Source of the DNA: Rhodosorus marinus CCMP1338 | Lineage: Eukaryota; Plantae; Rhodophyta | Length of the DNA stretch: 64,000 nucleotides | Direction of reading: 5' to 3' | Assembly: GCA_029953675.1 (NCBI GenBank) | Contig: JAMWBK010000001.1 | Coordinates: forward strand, 1,798,001 to 1,862,000 | Part shown: positions 25,669 to 39,863 of the stretch, in pieces | How positions within the stretch are numbered: the first letter of the stretch is position 1 | Layout: each line of letters opens with the position of its first letter | Translations under genes and position numbers: made by a program | Notes under the pieces: generated by a model | What the model saw: the letters and a program-made list of their open reading frames with translations, nothing else | Database searches by the model: none | Told to the model about the DNA's origin: nothing

Positions 25669-26869
25669 GGGGCGCAAGCGGAATGGATCGTGTCGATGCT
25701 TGGAGTGGCCACAGTTCTGTGATACACCACGTACTTATAAGCATCTACAACCTCCAATCCCTTGTACAGCACCAAATACGTCATCACCGCCGACGGCGCC
25801 CTGCCCATTCCCGCTGTACAGTGAACGTACGTAACCTTTCCCTGTCCTAAAACCCTTTCTAAGTTGGCAGCTGCGTTTCTGCCTTGGTCGATAAAGCTCT
25901 GCGGATCGTTGTCCCGGATCGGATATCTCACATGCTCGATACCGCTTCGACGATAGCAGTCCTAGGATTAATGGGCGCGAACACAGGCGATTTCAAGACG
26001 TTCCATTGTCAATAGACTGCCCTTGCGAAAGCAACCCCGCTTGTAGAGATTCTTTTGTTTGTGGTTTTAGGAGCTTGGGGTGCTGACCTCAATCAATTGT
26101 AAATTTACTTTCCTCTTGCTAATGTCGTCGTCAGTTTGCAAGTTGAGCACCGCGCCTACTCCAAGCTTTTTCAGCTCGTCCACATCGAGTCTGCTTTGTA
26201 CATACGAACCGATAACAATGTCTGGAGTTCTCTCACCCATTGGGACAATGTCGAAGTTCAACCCGGGAACGAAGTTTGCATCTACAACCTAGTGGTTCGT
26301 AAGAGAGTAACACAAAAACTGTTTCAAAAATGCCGGTCTGGGTGGTCCAGTGCTGCAACAAACCAAGACTAGAATGTCGGCAACGGCTTACCTCCACTAC
26401 GCCGTTAATCATTCGGCCGTCCGAGCGATCTGGAAATCTTTGCATTCTGTTTGGCTCATTCTCGACAAGGTAGGTACCCTCTAAATCAACCGCTAAATAT
26501 CTATAGTACACGTCACTTGCTGCAGCGTTGGAGTCTATCGGGAAGGTTGTTTCCCAGCATAGACCGCGACTTCCTAAACGCCAGAAATGAATTCGTCCGT
26601 GAGGCACAAGGAACCGTGTGTCGACAATCTTCGAGTTCGTTTCAACCGAAAGGAAAAAGCAGGCTTTGGCTTTACAGCTTACCAGTAACAAGCTCCCGTT
26701 CAGGACCAAGCTCCATTGGCCTTGGATTGTTCCAATCCCAGTTCTGAAGAGACGGATGTCCGCCAACAACACACATTCGCATGCCGCTGTCAAGCTTGTG
26801 ATACATTACGAGGCGCACTGCAGACTCATTGAAGCTATGCCACAGCAAACTCACGCCATCCGCATCCTC
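25665..26869 (-). CDS. Laforin-like glucan phosphatase (CBM20 + dual-specificity phosphatase); 5' end lies upstream
   Basis: CX5R motif [10 protein letters not shown]; DSP N-part (IVIGSYVQ...[14 protein letters not shown]); CBM20 VRLVMYHK...[13 protein letters not shown]...CWE...YYRY...ENEPNR. The CBM exon starts at an acceptor (26869) with no upstream in-frame ATG. Confidence 0.85.
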
Positions 26870-27176
26870 CTAAACCATTGAAGAAAGCACAGAACCAACT
26901 CCCATATTCAGTGCATAGGTCCCATAAACATATTCGCGTAACTATGTGCCCTCAGAACACTATTCACGCCATCAGCACGTTCCCGCTGAATCCTTCAGAA
27001 ATCTCTCTAAGCCTTTCTACCACCCATGACAGACAAGCGCAACAAGGCACTGGCGAGAGTCTGTTCTGAATGCGCTCAGGCTCTCGAGCCTAAAAAACCC
27101 AAAGACCTGTCTTGCAAGTTCATCGTGCGGTTGAAAAAGAAAGCCGCCGGCACATGCGTGCGTGCGAAGCGGACCT

Positions 27177-28416
27177 TCATCTCGCTGACGATGCTATCAT
27201 CCTCAATGCTTTGACGCTTTCGAGGTCCATTGTATCTCCAATCAACAGCCGACGCTCCTTCATCGCCGCAGCTGAAAATGAACGAGATTTCGTGGCACCG
27301 TTCTTCAAGGTTTGAGGTGACGTCATCGTACTCAGCACACCACCATCGCTTGAAAGCTCGAGTCCATTTTGCTTCCGTGCACCAAATACAGCGCTCGAGT
27401 GGAATGCGCTTATGCAAGTTTTCGGGCACCGCCTGCGCAGATTCGACTCTACAGGTCGGTCTCTGGATGCCGCAATTTTTGCCCACGAGCTGTACCCCAA
27501 TGCCGATTCGAGCTCTCTCTCCATCTCACTCTCATCCAATCTACAATCTACAGAGGAAGTTGGGGGATTGAAGATGTTCTTACATTTGTCTTGGAGAGGT
27601 CGCCATTCCGGTTCGGATCCTTCTCCCATTGATACTGTCCGTCTTGGTCTTTGTAAGCAAATTTGTATTGGAAAGGTGTAGTAGACCTCTCAAACGATAC
27701 CTACAGAGACGAGCAATGAATTAGTTGTGATGCCCATCTTTCCGAGCAGAGGCTTGGATCCTTGAAGCGGGAATCTGTCGCTTGGCATGCAGAGGAGGCT
27801 CCTCGGAAAACGAATTCTTGCATCTGCTCTGCCCCACCTCTGTCTGCCAAACGTTATTCTTAACCTGATAAAGCGATTTGGATTTTGAGAGGTCCCACGA
27901 GCCCAGTTCTGGAGGAGATCCGACGAGATGGACTTGCGATGGTGATGCGTTGCGGACAAGCAGCTGAAAACTGGTGTGAATGGAAGTATCATCAACGACT
28001 GCCTCACGGTCGGTCACTTTCCGCAGATTGTCCTCACTAAGTTTGATGTTGTCACCTGACGGGAACCATTCCTCTTTCGCTTTCCCCGCCACTTTGACGG
28101 CGTATTTGTACTCAATATGCTTTGACGAGACCGGCAACAGCGGGGTGGACCACAAACCCTTAGAATCATCAACCTTTTCCATCGCGACGCCATGATCCAG
28201 TTCCCAAAATCCCAGGTCTTCGCTGCTCCCGACCAATGTCACCTTCTGCGTAACCCAAAATCGAAGCAATCGGAGAAAAAATCACAAAAAAGGGGTTTCA
28301 TCAGAATCGAAAAATACCAAGCCCTGTTTCAGTACGGAGGCACTCACTTCAATCCCATCCGTCTTGAAGTCCCTCACAAATCTAACTACAGGTGGTTCGC
28401 TGCTGCCACCCATCAT
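27177..28416 (-). CDS. Two tandem CBM20 starch-binding modules; either the N-terminal part of the laforin or a separate gene
   Basis: VTLVGSSEDLGFWELDHG...LWST...EYKY...WFPSGDN, and VHLVGSPPELGSWDLSK...VWQTE|VSF...FQYKFAY...YQWEKDPNR. ATG 28416. Linking exons at 27540-26870 are unresolved. Confidence 0.7.
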
Positions 28417-29645
28417 CCATTCAGACAAATTAAACTTCCACATCTCATTCCTTCCTCCCTACAAACCCTAGACTCCTCAAATTAACACAGAAATCCCCTC
28501 AACCAAAAAAAAACAGATGTCACTCTCCTTTCCATATCCCTTACTTCAAAATACCACCAAACCTGCTATCAAACCTCCCCCCAAAACCCCAATATGTCCA
28601 TACGGACCCACAACAGTCCACCAACCTCCCCCCGTCCCCCCACACCCCACACCCTACACGCTCTCCCCCCAGCTCACTCTCTCGATATAAACCCTTCCCC
28701 GAAAACCCAATTTTCCACTGAGATCTTCATTTTCCCATCAGAAACCCTTTAATAGATAACAACAATGACTTTCCCCCATTCTTCCCAACAAACCAGAAAA
28801 AAATAAATAAAAAAAGCTTGACATTTCATCCCCCCACCCCGCCCCCCTTTTCCCTCTCCTCTTTTCTAACACCTATCAAGAAATTCTATGAAAACAAACA
28901 AATCCCGAAAATTAATACCCACTCTATCCCCCCTCCGCAACCCAAAAAGTTAAGTTCACACCTCCAATTCGGGGAAAAGACGTCGCTTTTTTCCTCCATA
29001 ATATATTTATTCTAATTTACAATTGCTAAACTGCCCAATTTCCATTGCTCTGATGCTGTTAAATGTAAATAAGTTTTAGGTGTATTCGAAATAGTTTTTA
29101 TTTTTCTGGTTTCCCGATGTCAGTCAACGTTTTTTTTCCGTCCAATCACCGTCGCGATCTCGATCGTCCTCTCTTCTGGGAAATATGTAATAATAGTTAT
29201 TTGTGAGCATGTTTACCTTTTTTAGTAGACTTGATTGGTTTTAGTTCTACCAATCATGTCAGTCTAGAGGAAGAAGGAGCTTTCTTTTTGAACTTACGAT
29301 TTTCTTGTACGCTCACGACAGAAATCGTTTAAACGATACATCGAGATTTTTTCATCGAAAACTCATCCGAATTTTTAATCCCTCCATCGTCATAAATTTA
29401 CCCATTTTTTCTTCTCCGCTACTCCAAAAAGTTTTGATCATACTATCAAAATATGAATAATTGCGTAGACGAGAAGACAAAAAAAGGTCCGTCGACACGC
29501 CCAAAACAAAAAAAAATTTCCATTGCAGAACATCGTATTCATCAAAAAATCATGGCCGAGATTATACTAATTGGAGAAATAAAATGCAATCAAAAATTTT
29601 TTATCATATATGATTGGGTTAAATTTTACCCAATCAAGATTGGAA

Positions 29646-30597
29646 ATGGTGGCTTATGGTGATGTTGTTGAATGGAGACTTCGCAATAGTAGTGAGTTGA
29701 GGCGGTTGGTATGGGGGGCCCCCTCCATTCGATACCATTCGATGGTCGGATGTTCTTCATTGGGAGGCGAGCATCCACGTGGATAGACAGTGGGATTTTA
29801 CTGCTTTTTGTTTTTTTGAGGGAGTTGGTTGGTTGATTTGATTCACTGCTCTTGTCTGTGCGGCGTAGATAGAAAATCGTTTTTTGTATAGAAGAGCCTC
29901 GTTGGAATGGGCTGGCTTCCTTACCAAACTCGCACAAGTTCTTCGCGCAAGCTCTATGATTTCATGAATGTAGTAGCAGTTTGCGATGATGTCTAGATTA
30001 GATTATTTGTCGCGCCCGACAGGACGCTTTTCACCAAGGGTTTGAGGAAGCATTGTTTTGCATTGGAAGCAGTGCGATTAACCTCGCAGAGATAGGTTTT
30101 CATTTAGGTCTCCCGCCCGCCCCGCCCCCGGATGGATGGCATAGAAACGCTAAAGCCATGCGGTAGACCATGCTTGTTAGGAAGTTTGTTTCTGTTGTCA
30201 TTCTCGCTCGCTGGACAAGAAAAGTATGGTCAGCGCTGGTGATTCTCAGGATCTAGCGCAAGCCACTGGTTGTGCACGCGGCGCACAGGTTACGTTCAGC
30301 TTCAGCCAGGACATGACGACTAAGATTGTCTTGCTTCTGAGAAGATTTGCATGATTCTGTGTCCATGCCTCTGCCAGCCTCTGCCAGCCTCGTCCTGAGA
30401 GCTTGTCCTAGGTAGCCGGCGCTGGAGCAGATGGATTGAATCTCCCGGAGGAGCAAAATGTGCGGGCTTCCTCGAATACCAAAAAATGTTACCGATGAGG
30501 GATCTGGTGAATCCTGCTGACGACGTTGCCTACAAAGAGCACGTAGGCTGGTCCCAGCCGGTACCGGCTATGGAGCTTATGCCACAGTCGTCTTAAT
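29646..30597 (+). CDS. Possible small multi-exon orphan gene
   Basis: Coding-like composition with exon-like pieces (MVAYGDVVEWRLRNS; SRRWSRWIESPGGAKCAGFLEYQKMLPMRDLVNPADDVAYKEH). No consistent model built. Confidence 0.2.
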
Positions 30598-30864
30598 CAG
30601 AAGATTGCGATGCCAGGAGACGCTTTCGTCGTAAAAGACGTTGGATATTTGGGCATTTCGTTCCTGGCAAAGACTTCCGTTTCCCCTTCTCGTTCTTTTA
30701 CTTTCCGGCCAAAAAGCTTGTTTTCTTCATATCAGCGCGATCCTAGCTGTTCATAGCTCCTGTTTGCTTCCGCCGTTTCGCTTCAGTCTTTTTTTTTTCT
30801 TTTTCTCGCTTTTCCAGTGTCAGTGTGATAATACAATAACAGGTACCCGCTTCCCTCGAGAGGG

Positions 30865-31943
30865 TTACTCTATTCGCTTCCATATGTAGATCTGGCCAAC
30901 TTCACCACGTTCAATTTTCAGCTCGTAATCGAGATATGTGACCTCCAAGCTGCGGAAAGCACCAAGAGCTTTCCAGCCTGACTCTGCTTGAAACCTAATC
31001 GATTCACAGATATAAGGTAGCGATCAGTAACGCATGACCTCTTTCTGGTGCCCAATTCTATGGACCCCGATATCTGACTTACCGAAGGAACCACAGCTTT
31101 AGCGCATCTGGCATCCAGGACAGTCTGTTATTACTGAGCCATTTGTATCGACCGTCGATTAATGCATCCCCTTTCAGGGCTCCTCCGAAATAGCTCACTT
31201 TTTCAACCAAATAGCTCCTAAAGTCTTCCGGTTCGATCACCTGTACGGTAGCAAATTGGACACAGCAGGCAAACGGCAAGACGCGGAAGTAAAACCGTCC
31301 AATGCCCCGTCACGGATCACGCGCGAGGGAATTCTATAGATACCTGCTCCAGATCCAAGCTCTTGCCAACAGGTAGCAGAGAATGGATACCACTAATTCC
31401 CTTCTGGAAGCGAGTGAGAGATGAAGAGGTAAACAACAGCTTCCATCGGCCAACCAAAAAGCTGCTGTCCTCCGCTGAGGGTTCGGGGTTCTCATCCTCG
31501 AGGTCACAGACGAGATCATCAATAATGTCGTCCTGATCATCCGTCACGACGACACTGCCGTATCCCTTCTCGAGACCTGCAGCAACCACATAAATCCCAT
31601 CAAGTAAGCATTTTCAAGCGATATTCAGTGCTCAACACCTCAAGCATGCAAACTACTTTCTATCTCCACCCACCTTTTAGCGAAACCAAAACCTTCTCCT
31701 TCAACATCGAAGACCCCTTCGCCTTGCTCGCATTCATGACAACTCTCCGACAGTAGTGTTCCATAACACTTCAAACAAAAAAAATTCCCAGCAGATCCAT
31801 CAGAAAACCAAGAAAACCAATCAAGCAAAACCCGATCCAGAAAAAGTATGCACGAACTCAAGCGGGAACAGACATCCAAACGCTTACCTACTCCCATTCT
31901 TCAGCCTAGTCACCCACACTGAATTTATAAACGCTCCTTCCAT
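30865..31943 (-). CDS. Plastid PAP/fibrillin-family protein
   Basis: Transit peptide MEGAFINS...; LEDENPEP...LVGRWKLLFTS; C-terminal LEVTYLDYELKIERGEVGQIYIWKR*. Confidence 0.8.
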
Positions 31944-32076
31944 TATACTCTAGATCTTTCCAAGCTAAATCGTCTACCTCCTCAAATAACGTAAGAGATA
32001 TGTAGACTCCAACTACACCTTCCCAAATCGAAGCCCAATCCAACTTCCCCGTCACTAAGCATGGCTTCATCGTTAA

Positions 32077-32570
32077 ATGTTCGGTACAACCCTTGTCCCG
32101 CGCGGCAAGTGTGGGACAGTGTCGTTGATCCACTGGACGATGTTCCTGAATGAAACGGATGAACTGAACGTTAAAGTATGAGCATAGAGAAGCTGTGTAT
32201 TAGCGACTGGTTTGCAGAGATATCCTCTTTATCCATTAGAAGCACCCATTTTATCTCTCCGGGGAATCTTTGTTTTTGGCCATGGGATAGAGATGTCAGA
32301 TTGATTGGACCAGGCAGTAATGAGATGTAGGATGCGGGAACATATCTAAAGCGGATCCAAATTCGCTTCGAGAGGAGGTTGAAATCACTCGATAACTTCA
32401 ATGAGCAGCCGCTGGTTCGCGTGAAGTTCGATCATGTTCATTTTTGCATTGATGTGTGCGTACAAAATTACGTCATTATCTGCTCGCCGTGCCCCTCTTT
32501 GCAGGATGCGATGCATTCCCCGAATATGTTCATGTTTCAGCTCATAAAGGACCCCGCCCTTCCTAACTAA
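32077..32570 (+). CDS. Candidate small orphan gene divergent from the fibrillin gene
   Basis: Exon-like piece DAGTYLKRIQIRFERRLKSLDNFNEQPLVRVKFDHVHFCID|DAMHSPNMFMFQLIKDPALPN* with a plausible 51-nt intron. 5' splicing not resolved. Confidence 0.2.
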
Positions 32571-32853
32571 CACGAGATAACCTCCTTAACGAAAGATATT
32601 CGAAGCTTGAATCGTCAAACGTCCTTTCGTCGACATGTTGGCGTTGGTGGCTGCCCAGCCGCATTGCGTTGCCAAGACCTGATGTGCTTGACGACCTTGA
32701 GATACCAAAAACGGATAGCGAACTCTGAACTTGCGTCTACGTTCTTTCCAGCAGCTGAATTCTTGAACTTCTCTGGTCCTTCGTTTTCGTCTCTCGTTTG
32801 GATCTGGCTTCCATCCCCAACGAACTGCTTGATTGCGAATAGGACTGTCCTTG

Positions 32854-33673
32854 TCAAAGAGAGCTAGATTCCGATAATCCCACTCTCCGTTTCTTCCGAG
32901 AATATCCATGGTAGCCGTCATCATCTTCATCCTCCTCCATTTGTGTCTGAGGTTTTGATGAACTCGGACTGCCTGGCTTCCACTTGAGTTGGTCAGTTGG
33001 CATACCTGCAAACAAAGAAGTCAAGAAAGAGTTGAGGAACAACTTTTTGGTTCCGGCTTCCAACAATGATCGGGTTGGTTCACCGTGCCTTTACCGGTGA
33101 TGGTAAGGAAGCAAAGTCAGCCATGATCGGAAAACTTACTTTCGGAGTCTGGCAGCACTTCATTCTGAGCATGTGATAGAGTGAGCTCCCTCGCGATCTT
33201 GTCAAACAGTTCCCGTTTTCTCACAAACTGTTCACTGATTTCTACCATCAACGCATCATCCGGATTCGGCTCGGAAAGGAGGAGCTGAATGCTTCCTAAC
33301 ACTGTGGACAAGTTCAAGGCTGGCCTGCGAAATTCAACGATTGGTTAGCATAAAACCTTGTCACCAAGGTTCGATACTCAACTCACTTCCAACCGCCTTT
33401 CGGTGGCATGTTCAGTATATTCAGACAGATTCTGCCGCTGGAATCAATATTGGGATGATAAATAGGAGTCAAGAATCGCACTCTCGGAGGTTCGAATGGA
33501 TATCTCGAGGAGACCGATATTTCAAGGTGAAAGAATCCATCTCTGTACGGAGTATCCATAGACCCCCGTATCACGGCTCTCAACAAATCAACCGCGTCAC
33601 CTTTAGGCCAAACAGACACTCCTGGAGGTGGCTCTGTCTCCAACATTTCCAGCTCCCGCTTCAACCTCGCCAT
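32854..33673 (-). CDS. UBE2T: Ubiquitin-conjugating enzyme E2, UBE2T type
   Basis: RLKRELEML...YPFEPPRVRFLTPIYHPNIDSSGRICLNILNMPPKGGWK|PALNLSTVLGSIQLLLSEPNPDD; acidic and basic (RKKRR) tail exon. Confidence 0.88.
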
Positions 33674-34529
33674 GAACGCCGAACTCACCATTCTAGACAC
33701 AGATCACTCTTGAAACAGCCGTTTCCTTCCTATACACCTTGTGACACCTGCTGCTTCAAGTCCGATCAATATTCTTTAGATTTGATGCCCTAAAACCGTC
33801 CTTCGGCAGATCCTATACTACCCAATTCCATCCCTCGTTTACTGTCCCACCCCACCACACCCCTCATCCTCATTAACAACATATCTCTTCATTTGAAACT
33901 GTCTATTTTCAAAGGAAAATCACGAACTTAATGACCTTTCGGCGGGAACAGGACATTTGCTAGTTTCTCCGTTATTGAAAGCGATGTGAAGCCTTCGATT
34001 CGACTCTAAAAGGAGTAGAAAGGAACTTTGGATATTCTTCAAGTAGTCTAGTCCATCAAACCCAACCTCATTAGGGTTGTCTTCTTGATCTTCGCATTCA
34101 GAAAGTTTTCAACGACCTTCAAGGTTATCAACGAACTCTGTCAACGTTTTGGACTGATAAAACGTCACTCTATGATTTCTTGAAGTAGTCTTGCCTGCCA
34201 AGAATGACATTATGAGCTCTCTCTTTCGTTGTCTTCTGTTTTATCGCGTTTGCGTTCAACGAGCTGCAAGGTCAGGAGGACCAATGCGCTTGTCCACATT
34301 CCTGATTGAAGAAGAGTCAGTTTGATCGTTCCTTGAACTCACAGACGCCACGACGTCCTCGACAATTCCTCGGAGTTATGGTAGGCGTGAATTGGCACCC
34401 AGCCTTTATCCAGTTAGCAAATGAGAACCCCTTTGGACAGAGGGACTGGGAAAACGCATTAAGAAGTGGGTATTCTTTGGCTCCCTTCCTATCGAGACCT
34501 TCAATCCTCTAAACGACTATCTTCAAGAT

Positions 34530-35365
34530 TTAGTTTTTTTTAGTTACATTGTTCACTACTTTGGAAAGGTCTGCAGTGTTTACCCATTCGTCGATCAACT
34601 CCACGCACGTCCTGAAATACGACACATTGACCGACAAAACGTTTTTTGATCAGCTCAGAAAACAGTCGAGCGTCTTTTCGGGCAAAACCTACCACAGCAT
34701 GTCATCAACAGCATCTATTTCGCTTCTCTTAAACTTGCCGAGGACGTAGTCTTTCAGGTCTGCCTTATCCGGCCCACCCACACCAACTTTCAATCGGGGG
34801 TAAATCTGCGTTCCCAGGGACTTTTCGATATGTTTCAGTCCGTTATGACCTCCTAAAAACGAGTGAGATTCAACGGCTTGATGGCGTTAGCTCTATGAGC
34901 GTAGTCACTCCCTGTTTGAGGTCTTGTCAACGTACCGCTGGAGCCCTTAGCCCGCAATCTAACTCTTCCAAGCTCGAGGTAGATATCATCCGCGACGACG
35001 AGGATCGCATCATGCGGTAGCTTGTAAAAGTCTACAATCTTCCTCACGGAGGTCCCGCTAAGGTTCATGAACGTCATTGGCTTCACCAGCATGACCGTCT
35101 TTCTATCAAGCTTAATCTCGCACATTTCGGCGAGAAACTTCTGGGCCATCTTCATATTGCCGCCATGGCGCTGTGCAAACGCTTCGATAATATCAAAACC
35201 AATATTGTGCCTTGTCGACCTGAATTCGTTTCCAGGGTTCCCAAGCCCGATCACAGCCAATCGAGATCCCCTACTCCCTACCGATGCGAAAAAACGGCAC
35301 TTCCTCGCCACCGATGACCGTCCATAAGGCCGCCAACTAGCAGCCTGTTGAACGAAACAGGCCAT
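34530..35365 (-). CDS. pth: Organellar bacterial-type peptidyl-tRNA hydrolase
   Basis: VIGLGNPG...TRHNIGF, KPMTFMNLSG, VADDI, GSSG|GHNGLKHI, RLKVGVG, DYVLGKF; N-terminal targeting peptide. Confidence 0.92.
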
Positions 35366-35909
35366 CGCGAGCAAACCCAATCACAAGCGCAGACCAGAAG
35401 AAACAATCTCAAAAAGTTCGATCCCTATGAGATTACCTACCCTCGATTAGGGAGACTCGCGATGATCACCACCACCTCGAGACTAGATCGTTCACATTCA
35501 CGAGGTTCAAGAGACCCTTTTCATAGCTCATCCAGGGCAAAGAAAAAACCGACCCAATGACGTTCGTACTGTAAAAGCCCCGTTCGGTTGTTGAAGAAGC
35601 AAGCTGCGCAGCTTGTCGATGACTTTGGAAAGGTGAGATCGGATTATCTGAGCATGGATGGAATTCAGAACAAGCTATTTGGCAGGAATCGAAACATGAA
35701 AAGGAGGTGTATAGATGACCTATGAACTTGAATCAGCTCAAGAAAGTTCTGAGGTTGCACGCTGGTGAGTCTCTCGCGTAAGAATTCATGAACATGGAGC
35801 ATTGCGCGTTTGGACTAGAGGCGGAGTCAGGGTGGCGGGCTTTTCAGTGCCGGTCAGAAGCGTTTTAACAGACGATGGGTTTGCTTTAAAACAATAATAG
35901 GATTCGAGA

Positions 35910-39037
<3,128 letters not shown>

Positions 39038-39250
39038 TCTAAAAACTACCCCCAAAACGCCCAATCCCAACCTCTCCCAACTCACTTACACAAGCAAACT
39101 AAAGCACGTCTATTAAACCACATACAACCAAAATCTCTCCCAATACTCCGATACCCTCCCACTCCACACCAAACCAGTTCATCATCTCAACCAAACCAAC
39201 CTCTCTCCCCAACATACCCGCTCAAAATCTCCTCGCTTTACACTTTTTCG

Positions 39251-39854
39251 CTTCCCGCAAAAAAAAATAAAAAATGAAGTCCTTTCCAATTACATCGATT
39301 TGATCATCCATCGCCCCAACTAAAAGTAAACATTTAGTCACCCTACCCTTAAAATATCTCACAAGCATATAACGTTTACAACTCCTACCCTTTGTCACCA
39401 ACACATTAAAATTCACAATATATATCAACATATTCCATTATTAACAAAATGAAAAGTTGGGATCAATTTTTACCCTCCCATATAAAAATGGAAATCCCAA
39501 GTTATTTGTATTTTTTTCGTACCCGTAAAAGAAGTATTTTTCCCAATTTATGCAAAAAATGAGTCCTTCTTCTGGTCTCGATGAATTTCTGGCTTTCAGC
39601 GATGTTTTCCCGCGCGACAGTTCCTTTCAATACGCAAAAGGTGTTTTTATTAATATTTTCGAACCCTTTAGAAAACGAACGTTTCACGTCCTAGTAATTT
39701 TTTTCTCCAGAACAGAGATAGTTTCCCGCGTTTCTCTTCTTCGGAATTTGTTTTTATATGAAATTAGGGTTTCCCCTGTATGATTGTATATTATTGGCTA
39801 CTCAGCACGTTAAATTACTTTTATATATTAAAATTGATGATTTATGGCGGGAAA
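39251..39854. promoter_or_regulatory. E2F-type sites upstream of MCM3
   Basis: TTTCCCGC at 39606 and 39722, GCGGGAAA at 39847, CTTCCCGC at 39251; telo-box-like TTAGGGTTT at 39764. MCM genes are canonical E2F targets. Confidence 0.6.
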
Positions 39855-39863
39855 TCTTATCGG

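Noticed and set aside
26960-27340. CAE...PCxxC deaminase-like motif in the laforin/CBM20 linker
   Set aside because: Needs a Trp/Cys-rich frame and a weak GTCTTT donor; the alternative frame has more normal composition. Not supportable without transcripts.
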